NCBI RefSeq assembly: GCF_036971445.1
Contig: NC_091477.1
Coordinates: 3,100,001-3,164,000, forward strand
Length of the DNA: 64,000 bases
Direction: 5' to 3'
Origin: Narcine bancroftii
Taxonomy: Eukaryota
Positions 25,201 through 37,862 of this stretch are shown here, piece by piece. How positions within the stretch are numbered: the first letter of the stretch is position 1; the number at the start of each line of letters is the position of its first letter. The notes under the pieces were generated by a model. The model worked only from the letters and a program-made list of their open reading frames with translations, had not been told where the DNA came from and ran no database searches. The position numbers were made by a program, and so were the translations under genes.

Positions 25201-27447
25201 GCTGCCAAGCTAATATTTTGTGCGTTTTTTCTCCTAGCTCATATTACTTCTGCTTTGTCTTCATTATGTTCTTCTCCACCTTGTATGTTTGTAGTGTTTC
25301 ATATTTTATTTTTTTGTCCACCAATTCTCTTCTTTTTGTTGTATCTTCTCTTATTGCTAATTCTTTTTCTCTACTTGCTATTTCCCTTTCCAACTGTTCT
25401 ATTTCCCGATTGTAGTCCTTCTTCATCTTAGTTACATAACTTATTATCTGCCCTCTGATGAAGGCTTTCATTGCATCCCATAGTATAAATTTATCTTTCA
25501 CTGATTCCGTATTTATTTCAAAGTACATTTTAATTTGGCGCTCAATGAATTCTCTAAAATCCTGTCTTTTAAGTAGCATGGAGTTTAATCTCCATCTTGA
25601 CATTCTTGGTGGGATGTCCTCTAGCTCTATTGCTAATAACAGGGGTGAGTGATCTGATAACAATTTAACTTTATATTCCGTTTTTCTAACTCTTCCTTGG
25701 ATGTGGGCTGACAACAGGAACAGGTCTATCCTTGAGTATGTTTCATGTCTACCCGAATAATAGGAGTATTCTTTCTCCTTTGGGTGTTGTCTCCTCCATA
25801 TATCCAAAAGTTGCATTTCCTGCATCGGTTTAACCATAAATTTGGTTACTTTGTTCTTTCTGCTAGTTTTATCTGCATCCAGTTTTATCCATCTTTGAGT
25901 ACAAATTAAGGTTGAAGTCCCCTCCTATCAATATATTCCTCTGTATATCTGCAATCTTCAAAAAGATATCTTGCATAAATTTTTGATCCTCTTCATTAGG
26001 TTAATGGGATAACTATTTTAAGCACCACTGGATATCTTAACATAAATTTATAGCCTTTCTTCCAAAGGATCGATTTTGCTGCATTAAACTCCTTCCTCTT
26101 CTTCAGGAGCTCAAAACTTATGACTGGGTAGACAAAAAACTTTTGACTTTTGTATTCCAGTGGTTTTTTGTCTTCTCTCATTTGTTTCATTGCCCTCTCC
26201 AATATATTTTCTCTTGTCGTGTATCTCAGGAATTTTACTAAAACAGATCTTGGTTTTTGTTGTGACTGTGGTTTCGGGGCTAATGTTCTGTGTGCCCTTT
26301 CTATTTCCATTCCTTCCTGCATTTCTGGCATTCCCAGGACGTTTGGGATCCATTCTTTTATAAATTCTTTCATATCTTTGCCTTCTTCATCTTCCTTAAG
26401 GCCCACTATCTTTATCTTGTTTCGCCTACTATAGTTTTCCATTATATCCATCTTCTGAGCTAACAACTCCTGTGTTTCTTTAACTTTTATCAGTTTCTTC
26501 CAATTTTCTTTTTAAGTCGTTCACTTCCATTTTTACGGCTGTTTCTCGTTCTTCCACATTTTCTAATCTTTTCCCTACATCTGCTATAACCAGCTCTAAT
26601 CTACACACTTTTTCTTCTTTTCATTTTTCCTTTCATTTCACTAAATTCTCGTGTCAGCCATTCTTTTAACGCTTCCATATATTCTTGAAATTTTTTTAAA
26701 TCTATGTACTGTCCATTCCCTTTATCTTCTATTTCTCGGTGCAGAGCTTGATGTTCTCCTTCTTCTTCTTCTGTGTCTGCTCTAGGGTTTGTGTCCTCTA
26801 CCTCTCTTCCTTGTATCTGTGTCTCTTCTGACTTTCTTGTTGGGCTGTTTATCTCAGTTTGCTGGGGTTTTTTTTAATGGTGTCTTGATGTTGGTCCTCT
26901 TCCTCTGGGCTGGTCATCTGCTGTTTCTCTTATTTCCTCTTTTCATTCTCACCCCTTCTGTTCCCGTTATTTTCTATATCTTCCTGCTGGGAGCCCTGCT
27001 CTCGGGTCTTTCTCAGCTGTTCGTGCTGTAGAGTTCCACTCCACAGCTGGTCCCCCCTCCCGTCGGTGTGGTCTTTGCCGTGTGCATAGCACATCCACAA
27101 TTCCTCATGCATGCGCGGTTGCGCACCTCTGTTTGGCTCCGTGAGCCATCTTTGCAGTCCTGCATTCAGTGGGTCGCGACCCTGCGGGGTCTCCACTGAC
27201 CTCGGGGAGTGGGCTCCTCTTTCCATGGCAGGTCCCTGCTTTTTCAAACAGGTAAGGCCTTCACCTTTCTCTTCCAGCGCCTTTCTTTCTTTTTTTCTTC
27301 CCGTTGTTTTTGGCTTTTCTTTCTTAGGTGCCATTTTCTCCACACCTTTATTTTTAATTTGTTGTGATTTGTGTGCCTGGGACTTTATTTTTTCCTCACT
27401 TTTTTCCTTTTCTGGAGAAGGCCACTACTCCATCATGTGACTCCTCC
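22286..27447 (-). mobile_element. Near full-length L1-clade LINE (ORF1 plus ORF2 EN-RT), disabled by frameshifts
   Basis: ORF1 25996-26466 (ENYSRRNKIKIVGL, IERAHR). Endonuclease end YSRIDLFL..LSDHSPL. RT motifs YRPISLLNTDYKIIAK and GYKINANKS. Poly(A) near 22290. Imperfect TSD agagcagcatttctt (22271-22285) / agagcagccattctt (27448-27462). Confidence 0.92.
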
Positions 27448-28089
27448 AGAGCAGCCATTCTTGATGGGGCAACATATCCCCGGGGCCAAAACACACTTGT
27501 GGGGCACTGCTTTTTATGTAGTCGGTAGGAGAGATGTAAGAAGAAACCAACTAAACTTGACTGCTTCACAGGAAAGGGGCCTGTAAACTTTGAGCAGAGT
27601 CCAAAGGGGGGAGTCAAAGCAAAAATATGGACATACAGCACGGTAACAGGCCCTTTCAGCCCATGAAACTGCCCCTCATTAACCTGGTGGGTGGAAGGAA
27701 ACTGGAGCCCCCAGGGAAAACCCACACAGACACGGGGAGAATGTACAAACTCCTTGTAGACAATGTGGGATTCAAACCCTGGTCCTAATTGTTGGCACTG
27801 TAACAGCGGTGCACGAAACACCTCGCGAACTGTGCCACTCCTAGATTGAGACAGGAGACTGGAGGGAGTGGGGGGGGGGGGGGGGGTTGTGGTTATCAAT
27901 TGTGTGCAGGCAGCAGTTTTAGTTTGATTTAGACAATGTGAGGCACTGCCTTGAGAAGGCAGCCAACATCATCAAGGACCCCCATCACCCTGGTCTCAAC
28001 CTCTCCTCACTGCTCCCTTCAGGCAGAAAGTACAGATGTGTGAAGACCAGCACCTCCAGGTTCAAGAACAGGTTCTTTACACCAGTTCT

Positions 28090-28610
28090 GTCATGTTCAA
28101 TTCTGGTCACCTCCTTGCAGGAAGGATGTGGAAACTTTAGAGAGAGTTCAGATGAGATTTACCAGGATGCTGCCTGGATTGGAGAACTTGACTTCTGAAG
28201 CAAAGTTGACCGAACTGGGGGTTTTCTCTTTGGTGAGACAAAGGATGATGGGTGACTTAACGTATAAAATTATGAGGGGCATGGATAAGATGGCCAGCCA
28301 GCACCTTTTTACCTGGGGAAACATTAGCAAACACCAGAGGACATCTGTCTAAGGTGAGGGGTGGGAAATTTAGTGGAGACATCAGGGGTACGGTTTTTTA
28401 TACAGAGAGTGCTGGGTGCCTGGGATGCCTTGCTGGGGGTGATGGTGGAGGCTGGTCCAATAGGGACACTCAAAAGACTCTTGGACTGGCCCATGGATCT
28501 AAGAAAGTTAAAGGGTTCTGGGTGTGAGGGAGGGAAGGGTTCAATTGTTGTGGAGTAGATTTAGATGGGTCAGCACAAGATCGGGCCTGTACTGTGCTGG
28601 AACATTCTAT
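28090..28610 (+). mobile_element. CR1-type LINE 3' fragment
   Basis: ETLERVQMRFTRMLPGLENL motif and CR1 tail. Confidence 0.75.
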
Positions 28611-29077
28611 CAGGGTCTTGAACCTCACAGAACTACCTTAACACTCGCCATAAACTACTCCAGAACCACCCAAATGATCTGTCTTCACTTTTGAGGCGAT
28701 TATTTGGCACTAACTGAAGCTATGAATATTTATCTATTCATTGGAGCAATGCGCCATGTGCTGGAGAAACCCAGTGGGTCAGGCAGCATCCGCGGAGAGT
28801 CAGACAGCCGACGTTTTGGGCCACCATCCTCTCTGCGTTTTGTGGGATCTTGCTGTGCAGTGGCTGGCCTCTGTCAAGGGACAGAACCTTGAGAGGAATT
28901 CCCTGTGGGGATTTTTCTTCAGTTTCTGACAGAACCCCTGTCCCTCCCTCTCCCTGGAGATCAATCATTTCCAGTGGGTCTCTGCCCTCAGGGGAGGGGT
29001 TGGCCATCAATGGGAGGGATTGTTGAGGGGAGTGTTGGAGTGGTCGGAAGAGCATGGTCAATCACTAGAGTGCATAC

Positions 29078-29192
29078 CACTGGGCTTGGGGTCACGCCAG
29101 GGTTGGACGTGGGGTGCACTGGTTGGAGCTTCTTCCTTCTTGTTTTGAACCAGTTGGAACAGAAGCCAATTCTGAAGCCAAGACTCAAAGTC
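29078..29192 (-). CDS. CD74: CD74 exon 6 (end of trimerisation domain)
   Basis: DFESWLQNWLLFQLVQNKKEEAPTSAPHVQPWRDPKPS matches human VFESWMHHWLLFEM. Acceptor ttttgcag|, donor G|gtatgc, 115 nt, phase 0-1. Not shown in this frame by the ORF track. Confidence 0.95.
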
Positions 29193-30187
29193 CTGCAAAA
29201 CACACAAAGCACAAAGCATAAGACATGTTAAAATTTTATATTTTTAAAAATTTAGACATACAGCATTGCCTGTGCCACCCAAATTACACCCAATTACCCT
29301 ACAACCTCTGGAATGTTTTGAAGTGTGGGAGGAAACCAGAGCCCCCAGGAGAAACGCACACAAACACGAGGAGAACGTGCCAACTCCTTACAGACAGCAC
29401 CAGATTCGAACCCTGGTTCTGATTGCTGAGGCTGTAACCGCTACGCCAACCATGCCACCTCATATGAGAATATTGAGATCATTCAACCTGTCAAGTCTTC
29501 TTCACCATTCAAATCATGGCTGATGTATTTTCCCTCTCAATACCATTATCCCCATAACCTTCAACACCCTTATTAAGCCATTTTAACCTAACCAATGACA
29601 TGGCCTCCACAGCTGCCAGCGTTCACCGGTTCTCAGTGTAAATACACAAACCCACAGTCAGACAGAACACACATATGCAAGTATACAAATAAACAAACAA
29701 ATCAATAATTTTTTTTGTGAATATGAGAATCTCGGAGGGTCAGTGTGAGCAGTTCCTTTGATCGTTCACCATTCTCACTGCCGGTGGGAAGAAGCTCTTC
29801 CTCAGCCTGGTGGTGCTGGCTCTGATCCTCCTGGATCTCTTCCCTGATGGGAGCAACTGAAAGATGCCATGTGCAGGGGGAAGGGGTCCTCAATGATTTT
29901 GCACGCCCTCTTCAGACAGCGATCCTGGTCGATCACATTGATGGGGAGGAGGGAGACTCCAGTGATCCTCTCCTCCACTCTTATGGTCCTGTGAATTGAC
30001 CTCCAATCCATTTCTCTGCAGTAACCGTACACAGACTGTAATGCAGTAGGCCAGGACACTCCTGATGGAGCCCCTATAGAAGGTTGACATGATGGCCGGT
30101 AGACTTACCTTTTTAAGTCTTTTCAGGAAGTGCAGTCACTGACAAGTGAGGAGCTGTTGAGTGTCCATGATAGGTCACTAGTTAAAT

Positions 30188-30847
30188 CAGGACTTCTCAA
30201 ACATTTTAGCTGATGAAACCCTTTTGTGGAGCACTTGGAAATCACGGAGCCCAATCATTCATCACAGTTTAAACGGCCTGGTATATACACAAGCACAGTA
30301 AGAAAGTAACTAAACTCACCAATAGCCTCCCCTGAACTTGCCTGTCCATGGGCCTGAACTACCCCCGCCACACCTCACTCCTGCCACGGGTCCAGGCTGC
30401 CCCCGCCACAGGCCCAGGCTGACCCAGCCACACCTCACCCCCGCCACAGGCCAGGCTGCCCCCGCCGCACCTCTCTCACAGCCGTGGCCCGGGCTGCCCC
30501 CGACACACCTCACTCCCGCCACAGGCCCAGGCTGCACCCGCCACACCTCACCCCCACACAGCCCAGGCTGCCACAGCCGCACCTCGCTCACAGCTGTGGC
30601 CTGGGCTGCCACTGCCACGTCAGACACTGCTGGCCGCATACCCCACCTGTTGTGACAAGCTGGACACTGGTATTTTGGAACCCCCTCCTTGCACACGGGG
30701 CAAATCTTCATGCTGCCACTGCTAGCTCCCAGAAAGCACCGCACACGTCATCCCGGCAACAGCACAGCGCCGACTCTGGCCCACAGTCACCGGCTTTGCC
30801 CATGCAGATCATCATTGCTTCCACAGAACCCAGTTTAGGAAATGTTG
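30188..30847. mobile_element. Non-autonomous hAT-type element carrying captured host sequence (Pack-type)
   Basis: Imperfect terminal inverted repeats caggacttctcaaac / gtttaggaaatgttg. 8-bp TSD agttaaat (30180-30187) / agttaagt (30848-30855). It cleanly interrupts the LINE reading frame. Confidence 0.75.
30647..30711 (-). pseudogene. Captured first-exon fragment of a zinc-finger HIT gene (ZNHIT3-like)
   Basis: MKICPVCKEGVPKYQCPACHNR followed by |gtgggg; compare human ZNHIT3 CVICLEKPKYRCPAC. CpG-containing upstream sequence with TGACGT. Only the first four zinc ligands are present. Confidence 0.7.
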
Positions 30848-32262
30848 AGTTAAGTGAACTCCAAGGAACTTGGTGCTCTCCACTCTCCCCACTACAGAGT
30901 GGTTGATGTGTAGTGGAGGGTGGTCATTCCTGGTCCTTATGAAGTTTACGATCATTTCCTTCATCTTGTCCATGTTGAGATTCAGGTTGTTCCTCTCACA
31001 CCAACTCATGAGATTTTCCTCCTTTTCTCTGTAGTGCGACTCATTGTTGTTGCTGTTGTATTATCTGCAAACGGTGACACTGATGAAGCTGGATCAGGTG
31101 ATGCAGTCGTGGATCAGTAGCGTGAACAGGAGTGGACTGACCACACAGCCCTAAGGTACACCAGTGCGTGATATTCTGTTACTGACCCAAATAGACAGTG
31201 GTCGTCTTTCTGTTAGAAAATCCAAGATTCATTTAGAGAGAGGAGTGTTGAGTCCCAATGAGGTCAACTTCTCCACTAACCTCTGGGGAATGATCATATT
31301 AAACACTGAGCTGAAGTCAATGAAGAGCAGTCTGGCATACGAGGCGTCATTCTCCAGATGGGCCAGGACGGAGTGAAGTGACAGCATCGTCTGTGGAACA
31401 GTTTCTACTATAGGCAAATTGAACTGAATTCAGCATCTCTGGGAAGTGTGCTTTAATACGTTCCATCACCAGACCTCAAAGCATTTCATAATGGTGGAGG
31501 TCAGTGCCAGAGGGCAGTAGTCATTGAGGCTTGTGGTCATCACCCTCTTGGGTATTGGGATAATGATGGCTCTCTTGAACCCTACGTGAATGATGGACTG
31601 CTGCAGTGAGGTGTTGAAGATGTCCGAGGAGATCTCCATCAATTGGTCTGTTCAATCCTTTAGTACCTGACCAGGTCTGTTGTCTGGTCCCACCACCTCG
31701 TGTGGGTTCTCCTCACCTCGGTCGTGGTTATGTAGGAGGCCAGTTGATCAGGGGAACATGAAGCTTTCTTTATCATCATCCTGTTCTTCTCATCAAAAGT
31801 GCAGAGAAGGGAGGTGTTGTTTTCTTAAATTCGCAAGGTTGACGTGATCTGTAATAGTCTTCATCCCTTGGCACATGAACCTTGAGTCACTGGTGTTGCA
31901 CAGCTGACTTCTGTGGATCTTCAGCGCTTACCCTTGCTTTGCCTTCCCGACAGCACAGTGGAGTTCAGCCCTGGCTCATCTTAGTGCCATCCTATCCCCT
32001 GTCCTGAAGGCAGCATCATGAGCTGAGAAGGGCCCGGACCTCTGCATCCAACTATGGTTTCCGGTTAGCCCTGGTTGTGAAGTATTTGATCTTGGTGACA
32101 TCCTCGATGCACTTGCTGATGTAGCCAGTCACTGAGCTCATGTAGGTGTAGATGGCCACCTCCCGGAAACACCTCCAGTCCATGGTCTCAAAGCAGTCTT
32201 GCAGTAGCCTCCCCCCCACCTCACCCCACCTGCCACGTTCAGGGGAGGGCATTGGTCTAAGG

Positions 32263-32405
32263 CAGTGAATCTCAACCTTTATTTTCCACTCACATACCAC
32301 CTTGTTACTAACCACTGAGCATCTATACCACAGGTAATCCGTGGTTAGTAAGGAACTACTTAAGGTGGAATGAGAGTAGAAACAAAGAAAGATTGAGAAC
32401 CACTG
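32263..32405. mobile_element. hAT-type MITE
   Basis: TIRs cagtgaatctcaacc / gattgagaaccactg; TSD gtctaagg / atctaagg. Related to 60397-60662. Confidence 0.8.
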
Positions 32406-33495
32406 ATCTAAGGTGTGAGGGGAAAGATTCAAAGGGGGACCTGAGGGGCAACATTTTCAAACAAGGTGGAGATCTTCAGAGATTGATCGGTATATGAACA
32501 GTCAGGGAATAAAAGGTTATGGGGAGAAGGCAGGGGAGTGGAGCTGTTGGAGCATGGATCAGCTCGTGATGGAATAATGGAGTGGACAAAGGGCCAAATG
32601 GCCTACTTCTGCCCCTATAACAGTCTGATAACAGCAGGAGCCGGGAACAAAACTGTCCTTGAATCTGGAGATACGTGATCTCACACTCACGAAACAGCCA
32701 CGGAAGGAGGAGCAAGAGGGCGGGTGGGATGAGTCTTTTAATATGTCAACGGGCTTTCCAAGGCAGGGGATAAGAAAGGGGTGTTTGTGGAGGAAGGGGT
32801 GTGATGGAGGGGATGGTGGGGAGGGGGTGTGTGATGGAGGGGAGGGGGTGCACCATGGCCTAAGCCACATTCACCATCCTCTGCAGTTTCCTGTGGCCTT
32901 GGACAGAACAGTTCCCGACCCATGCAGTGACACAACCTGGCAGGATGCTCTCAGCGGGGCACCTGTGGCAGCACGGTTAGCACAGCACCAATGCAGCACC
33001 AGTGAATGGGACCGGCGTCGGAATCCCGTGCTTTCTGTAAGGAGTTTGTATGTTTTCCCAGTTTCTGCGTGGATTTTCCCCGTAGGCTACGGTTTCCTCC
33101 CACCATTCCAAACATACCAGAGTTATAGATCAATTGGGTGGCATGGGCTTGTGAGCTGAAAGGGCCTGTATGTCTAAATTAAAAATTTAAATGTAATATT
33201 TGATTATCTGGGGGATGAGACGCCAGGGGAATGGAGGCGGGACAATTAAAAGGCATTTGGGCAGAGGTAGAAAGGTGCGGCAAACACAGGCAAATGGGAC
33301 TAGCACAGGAGAGCACCTTGGTTAGTGTGGTTGAGCTTTCATGCTATAGGAGAACACTGAGCAGTGCTAGCAGTGTGGAAGAAGGGCCAAATGGCCTGTT
33401 GTGTACTGGTCATGACTGGATGTCAATAAAATCTCTTCAGCTGATAGGGAGGAACTTCTCTGCCCAGGGAGAGTGTTTGTTCAACCAGCACTCAC

Positions 33496-33591
33496 CTCCC
33501 AGTCAGATACGTTCAACGACTGTTTCACCAGCTTCAGGTTGTTGGAGAGGCTGTCACCCATCTCCGGAATCTCCTCGCTTTTGTTCCCTTC
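33496..33591 (-). CDS. CD74: CD74 exon 5 (trimerisation domain)
   Basis: EGNKSEEIPEMGDSLSNNLKLVKQSLNVSDWE, 96 nt, phase 0-0, ctgcag| and |gtgagt. Aligns with human ...[20 protein letters not shown]. Contains sequons NKS and NVS. Confidence 0.92.
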
Positions 33592-35426
33592 CTGCAGTTG
33601 AAAAGGAAAGAGTAGAGCATCTTCAGCCTGATGTTCCAGCAAAGATCTCAACATTTCCTAATCTCCAGCCTTAATGGACAGTGAGCCACATTCTAACTCT
33701 CAATGACAAGTTCTTACTATCCCCTCCCTCGATTTCTTGGTGTTGAACATCACTGAAAATGGCCCCAAGAGTGTTGGGGTAGGGGGAAAAGGGGGGTGGT
33801 AGAATCTGGGGGGAGTTGTTGAGAAGGTCGGGAGCATGGAGCCACTGTCTGCATTAGGTTCCCACCTCCCCACCACATGTGAATCTGGTCCACCTGTAAT
33901 GTTCAGATACTAGAAATCCAGTTTCAAGATTCAGGATTCCTTTTTGTCATGTAATAGTACAGAACATGTACTATTACATGAAATTGCCTTCTGCCGGCCA
34001 TAATGCAGATAAAGAGTCGCCGAATGTCCGTGGATTCACCTCCCGCAGCCTCTGCAGCCGCACAGACCCCTGTCCGATCCATCGGCCGCCCGAGCTCCAG
34101 ATTCCAACCTCCAACACGATCAGGAAGCCTTCATGCCCAAGGCCCCTTCGTGAGCTCTCCCTCCCCCTCAGCTCCCTCTCAAATCCCGGCTCTGATACCT
34201 GATTCCCAGGAGCCCGCCTCCAGCAGCCCGTGTGGCTCCCCCGACCACAAGTCGCCTGCAGCCTGTGTGGGTCCCACAGTCACTGATCCCCTCGCAGGTC
34301 GCTACCGAGCACAGGTGCAGCCATCTTGGGCACAGACCCCGCGGTTGCAGCATTTTAAATAAAACCCCGTCAGCTCCTTTAACAGGGCCATTTAAAGTCT
34401 GTCTGGACCAATTGACGGTAGGACCAAAGGGTGGAAGCTTTTGGAGTAGCGCTGTGTCCCTGCACTCCAGGGTCTATACCAGCAGCACTGCCATTACAAT
34501 AACTCTGGCAACGCCCCCATTTGTTACGATCATCAGCCTGTTACTTTGATCCTAGCACCTGTGGTTTCCTCAGAATCTAGATAGGCCCTGGAGAGGCAGG
34601 GATGATACGAGAAATGAAGATTTCTGCTATATTTTGGTTTACATGGCAGTACACTACTCAGCCTACAGTAAAGGAATTATGTAAATGGGGGCTAGCATGT
34701 GCTCAATGGGCCTAATGACCTGTATCCATGCTGCATCTCTCAAGGGCTTCAGGCTACTCCTCCAGGTTACAAAATGGCAACTCTTTGCTTTACGGCAGGC
34801 AGAAGGCAGTTTGGTGTAATATTGCAAGTTCTGTACCATTACATGACAATAAAGGGATCTTGAACTTTGGGGCGTTTACTCACTTTGCAATGTGTGGAAA
34901 CACCGTCTCCTTTGCAAGCCCAATGTACATAGCAATGATCTGCAGTCGGGGAGATTCTGCGCGAGAGGACAGTGGAAGCGGACTGCACACAGATTTCGGA
35001 GTGCAACATGGAAGTCTGCAAACGCTATGATTGCAGTAAACACATGGAGATGTTGGGTTAACAGCTGGTCTCGCACTGTCTGTGGGAGGTAGAGAGATAT
35101 CACTGATGTTTCAGCCCTGAGCCCCTCCTTAAGATCTAAACAATGCCACGAGAAAGGGCTCAGGCCTGAGACGTCGGTTCTATCTCTTCACCTCCCATGG
35201 ACGCTGTGAGACCAGCCGGGTTCCTCCAGCATCTCCGTGCGTTTGCGCAGATTTCCCCCGGGGATTGGAAGACATGGCAGGAAGAGGATTTGCAGGGATA
35301 TGGGGGAAAAGTTGTGGGGCCGGACTCATTGGAAGGGATCTTCAAGGAGCTGTCATGTTTACATTGGGCTGAAGGGCCTCCCGTTGTGCAATGTCATTTG
35401 AAGATTCTAGTCAGTTTGAGAGTTAC

Positions 35427-35486
35427 CTTCAACAGCAGCTGCACTTGCTGAACCAGGGTCAATGGTTTAGGAGATTTCGCTGGGAC
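35427..35486 (-). CDS. CD74: CD74 exon 4
   Basis: VPAKSPKPLTLVQQVQLLLK, 60 nt, phase 0-0. Acceptor cttgtttcccaaag|, donor AAG|gtaact. Corresponds to human ..TEDHVMHLLQ. Confidence 0.85.
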
Positions 35487-35729
35487 CTTTGGGAAACAAG
35501 AGGAAAGGAGGTGACATTTCTTTCTTCAGCCAAAGATACATGAACTGGGATTCCCCACTCCACGTTCAGAATGGACCACCAGCACCGGGGCTTTCGGAAG
35601 CCCGAGGATCTCAGGCAGGACAACAACTCCCACAGTTCCCCTGTTGAGATCATCCTGTCCAGATGGTATCTGCTCTGCCCAAGACCGCAAGAAACTGCAG
35701 AGGGTTGTGAATGTGGCTCAGACCCTCAC

Positions 35730-36350
35730 ACACACACCCCCCTCCCCTCCATTGACTCCATCACATACCCCCTCCCCTCCATTGTCTCCATCACATACAC
35801 CCTATCCCTCCAACTCCATCACACACCACCCTCCACTCCATCAACTCCATCCACACCCCTTCCTCTCCATCAACTCCATCCACACCCCTTCCTCTCCATC
35901 AACTCCATCACACACCCCCTCCCCTTCATCGACTCCATCACACACCCCCTCCCCTCCAACTCCATCACACAACCCCTCCCCTCCATCGACACCATCACAC
36001 ACCCCCTCCCATCCATCGACTCCATCACACACCCCCTCCCCTCCAATGACACCATCACACACCCCCTCCCCTCCATCGACTCCATCACACACCCCCTCCC
36101 ATCCATCGACTCCATCACACACCCCCTCCCCTCCAATGACACCATCACACACCCCCTCCCCTCCATCGACTCCATCACACACCCCCTCCCCTCCAACAAC
36201 ATCACACAGCCCCTCCCCTCCATTGACACCATCACACAACCCCCCTCCCCTCCATCGACCATCACACACCCCCTCCCCTCCCCTCCATCGACTCCATCAC
36301 ACACCCCCTCCCCTCCCTTCCATCGACTCCATCACACACCCCCTCCCCCC
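35730..36350. repeat. 30-bp C-rich minisatellite (ccctcccctccatcgactccatcacacacc)
   Basis: About 20 tandem units; explains ORFs 35571-36410. Confidence 0.95.
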
Positions 36351-36890
36351 ATCTCTGCTTGTGGAATGAACCCATCTCTGTCGTCGATATGGACACAACA
36401 AGAAACTTGAATTTGATACACTTCAGTCAGTTAACACATCACAGTACAGGCCTTTCAGCCCACGATGTTGTGCTGACCTGTGTAAACCTACTTCACAACA
36501 ATCTTTTAAATGTCCCTTTTGTACCAGCTTCCACCACCACCCCCAGCAATGCATTCCAGGCCCCTTCCACTCTCTGTGTAAAAAAAACAAACTATCCCCG
36601 ACAACTCCCCTAAACTTTGCTCCCCTCACCTTAAACAGATTTCCTCTGGTACATGCTACACTTGCCCTGGATTAAAGGTGCTGGCTGCCCATCCTGTATA
36701 AGCCCCCTCTCATCCTCCATCAGTCCAAAGAGAAAAGCTCCAGCTCTGTCAACCTTGCCTCATAAGACACGTTCTCCAATCCAAGCAACTGATAAAAGAG
36801 TTATTTCTCTGCAGCTTGAGGGCAAAAGGCCAGGAGTCGTGTGTCCACCTCACTCACTCTGACCATCATTACAAGCCCCTTCATGGTTAC

Positions 36891-36967
36891 CTTTGGAGCT
36901 TCTGCCTCAGGGTTTATGTAGGCAACGGGCATGTTCATCATTATGGGCCTCAGGTGCATCATTGGTT
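36891..36967 (-). CDS. CD74: CD74 exon 3 (CLIP-like segment)
   Basis: (K)PMMHLRPIMMNMPVAYINPEAEAPK is Met-rich like human PVSKMRMATPLLMQALPM. Acceptor ccttcag|, donor AAG|gtaacc, 77 nt, phase 1-0. Confidence 0.88.
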
Positions 36968-37862
36968 CTGAAGGAGTAAGATGCAAAAGGAATTATTTTC
37001 CACAAAGCAAGGGGAGAAAAGAAGTTTGCAGGGTAACTGCGAATTCACCGATACATTGGCTAATCCCAGGCCCCGGCTGGCAAGGGGATTGTTATGAGTG
37101 CAGAGCGTGGGACGGGAGCTGCACTGGGTTGGGAGAAGCTGCAGACACACAAACTTCTGTTCCCTCCGCGGACCATGTCTACATCTCCTGCTGCCCGGGA
37201 AAGGCAGCTGACCCACGAAGGACCCGTCGCCCACACCCCCCCTCCACGGACAAGCTCTCTTCTCCCTCCTCCCATCGGGGAGAAGGCTCAAGAGGATAAA
37301 ATTGTGCTCCAATAGGCTTAGTTTCTTCCACGCAGCTATCAGGTTCCTGAATGAGTTCCACAACAGTGCTCTCACCTGCCCGTGCTTGTCTTTTCCATTG
37401 TAATCCCACACCCTGTAAATTGTGCTCATTATACAGCTGTATGAATGCTCGAGCTAGCCTGTTAGCCTGCTCATAGAAGAAACCTTCTCACTGTACAAAG
37501 TAATAATGTGGCCAACTAACCAACCACTGGCACAGTGACCTGGGGAAAGCCTTTGCTCACTGCCTGTCAAAACCTTTTATAATTTGAATTCCTTCACTGA
37601 ATCTCTCTGGATCCAGATAGAATACTCAACATGCTCCGAACATTCCAAGCCAGAATCACTGGGAGCCTTGCTTCATCAGAATTGGGAGTCTTTTTGGTTT
37701 CAGAAGTATGTTTCATTTTCGTTTTGATTAGATTAGGCCAGGGTTGCTTATTCCACTTCTGGTTAACGTCCAGATGTTCCATTTCAAAAATCCCCGCACC
37801 CCTGGCCTGCTGTTCCCTAGCCGTGAAGCTAAATGTTATGGAGAGGCAAAAGGTGTGCTTAC

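Larger units (their letters stand above)
29630..32215 (-). mobile_element. Degenerate Rex1/Babar-type LINE RT region, split by a hAT insertion
   Basis: [25 protein letters not shown]; SWCERNNLNLN..KMKEMIVNF; KFLGVHLT continues as SDLSW across the 30188-30847 insertion. Confidence 0.85.

Noticed and set aside
33947-33981. Perfect hairpin catgtaatagtac...gtactattacatg
   Set aside because: It is part of a retroelement 3' tail; a related copy lies near 34800-34870.
35040-35080. TVRDQLLTQHLH as a possible CD74 exon 4
   Set aside because: No good donor. The exon at 35427-35486 has both splice sites and the correct phase.
35571-36410. 279-aa mucin-like ORF inside CD74 intron 3
   Set aside because: It is a 30-bp minisatellite on the opposite strand, with no splice support.
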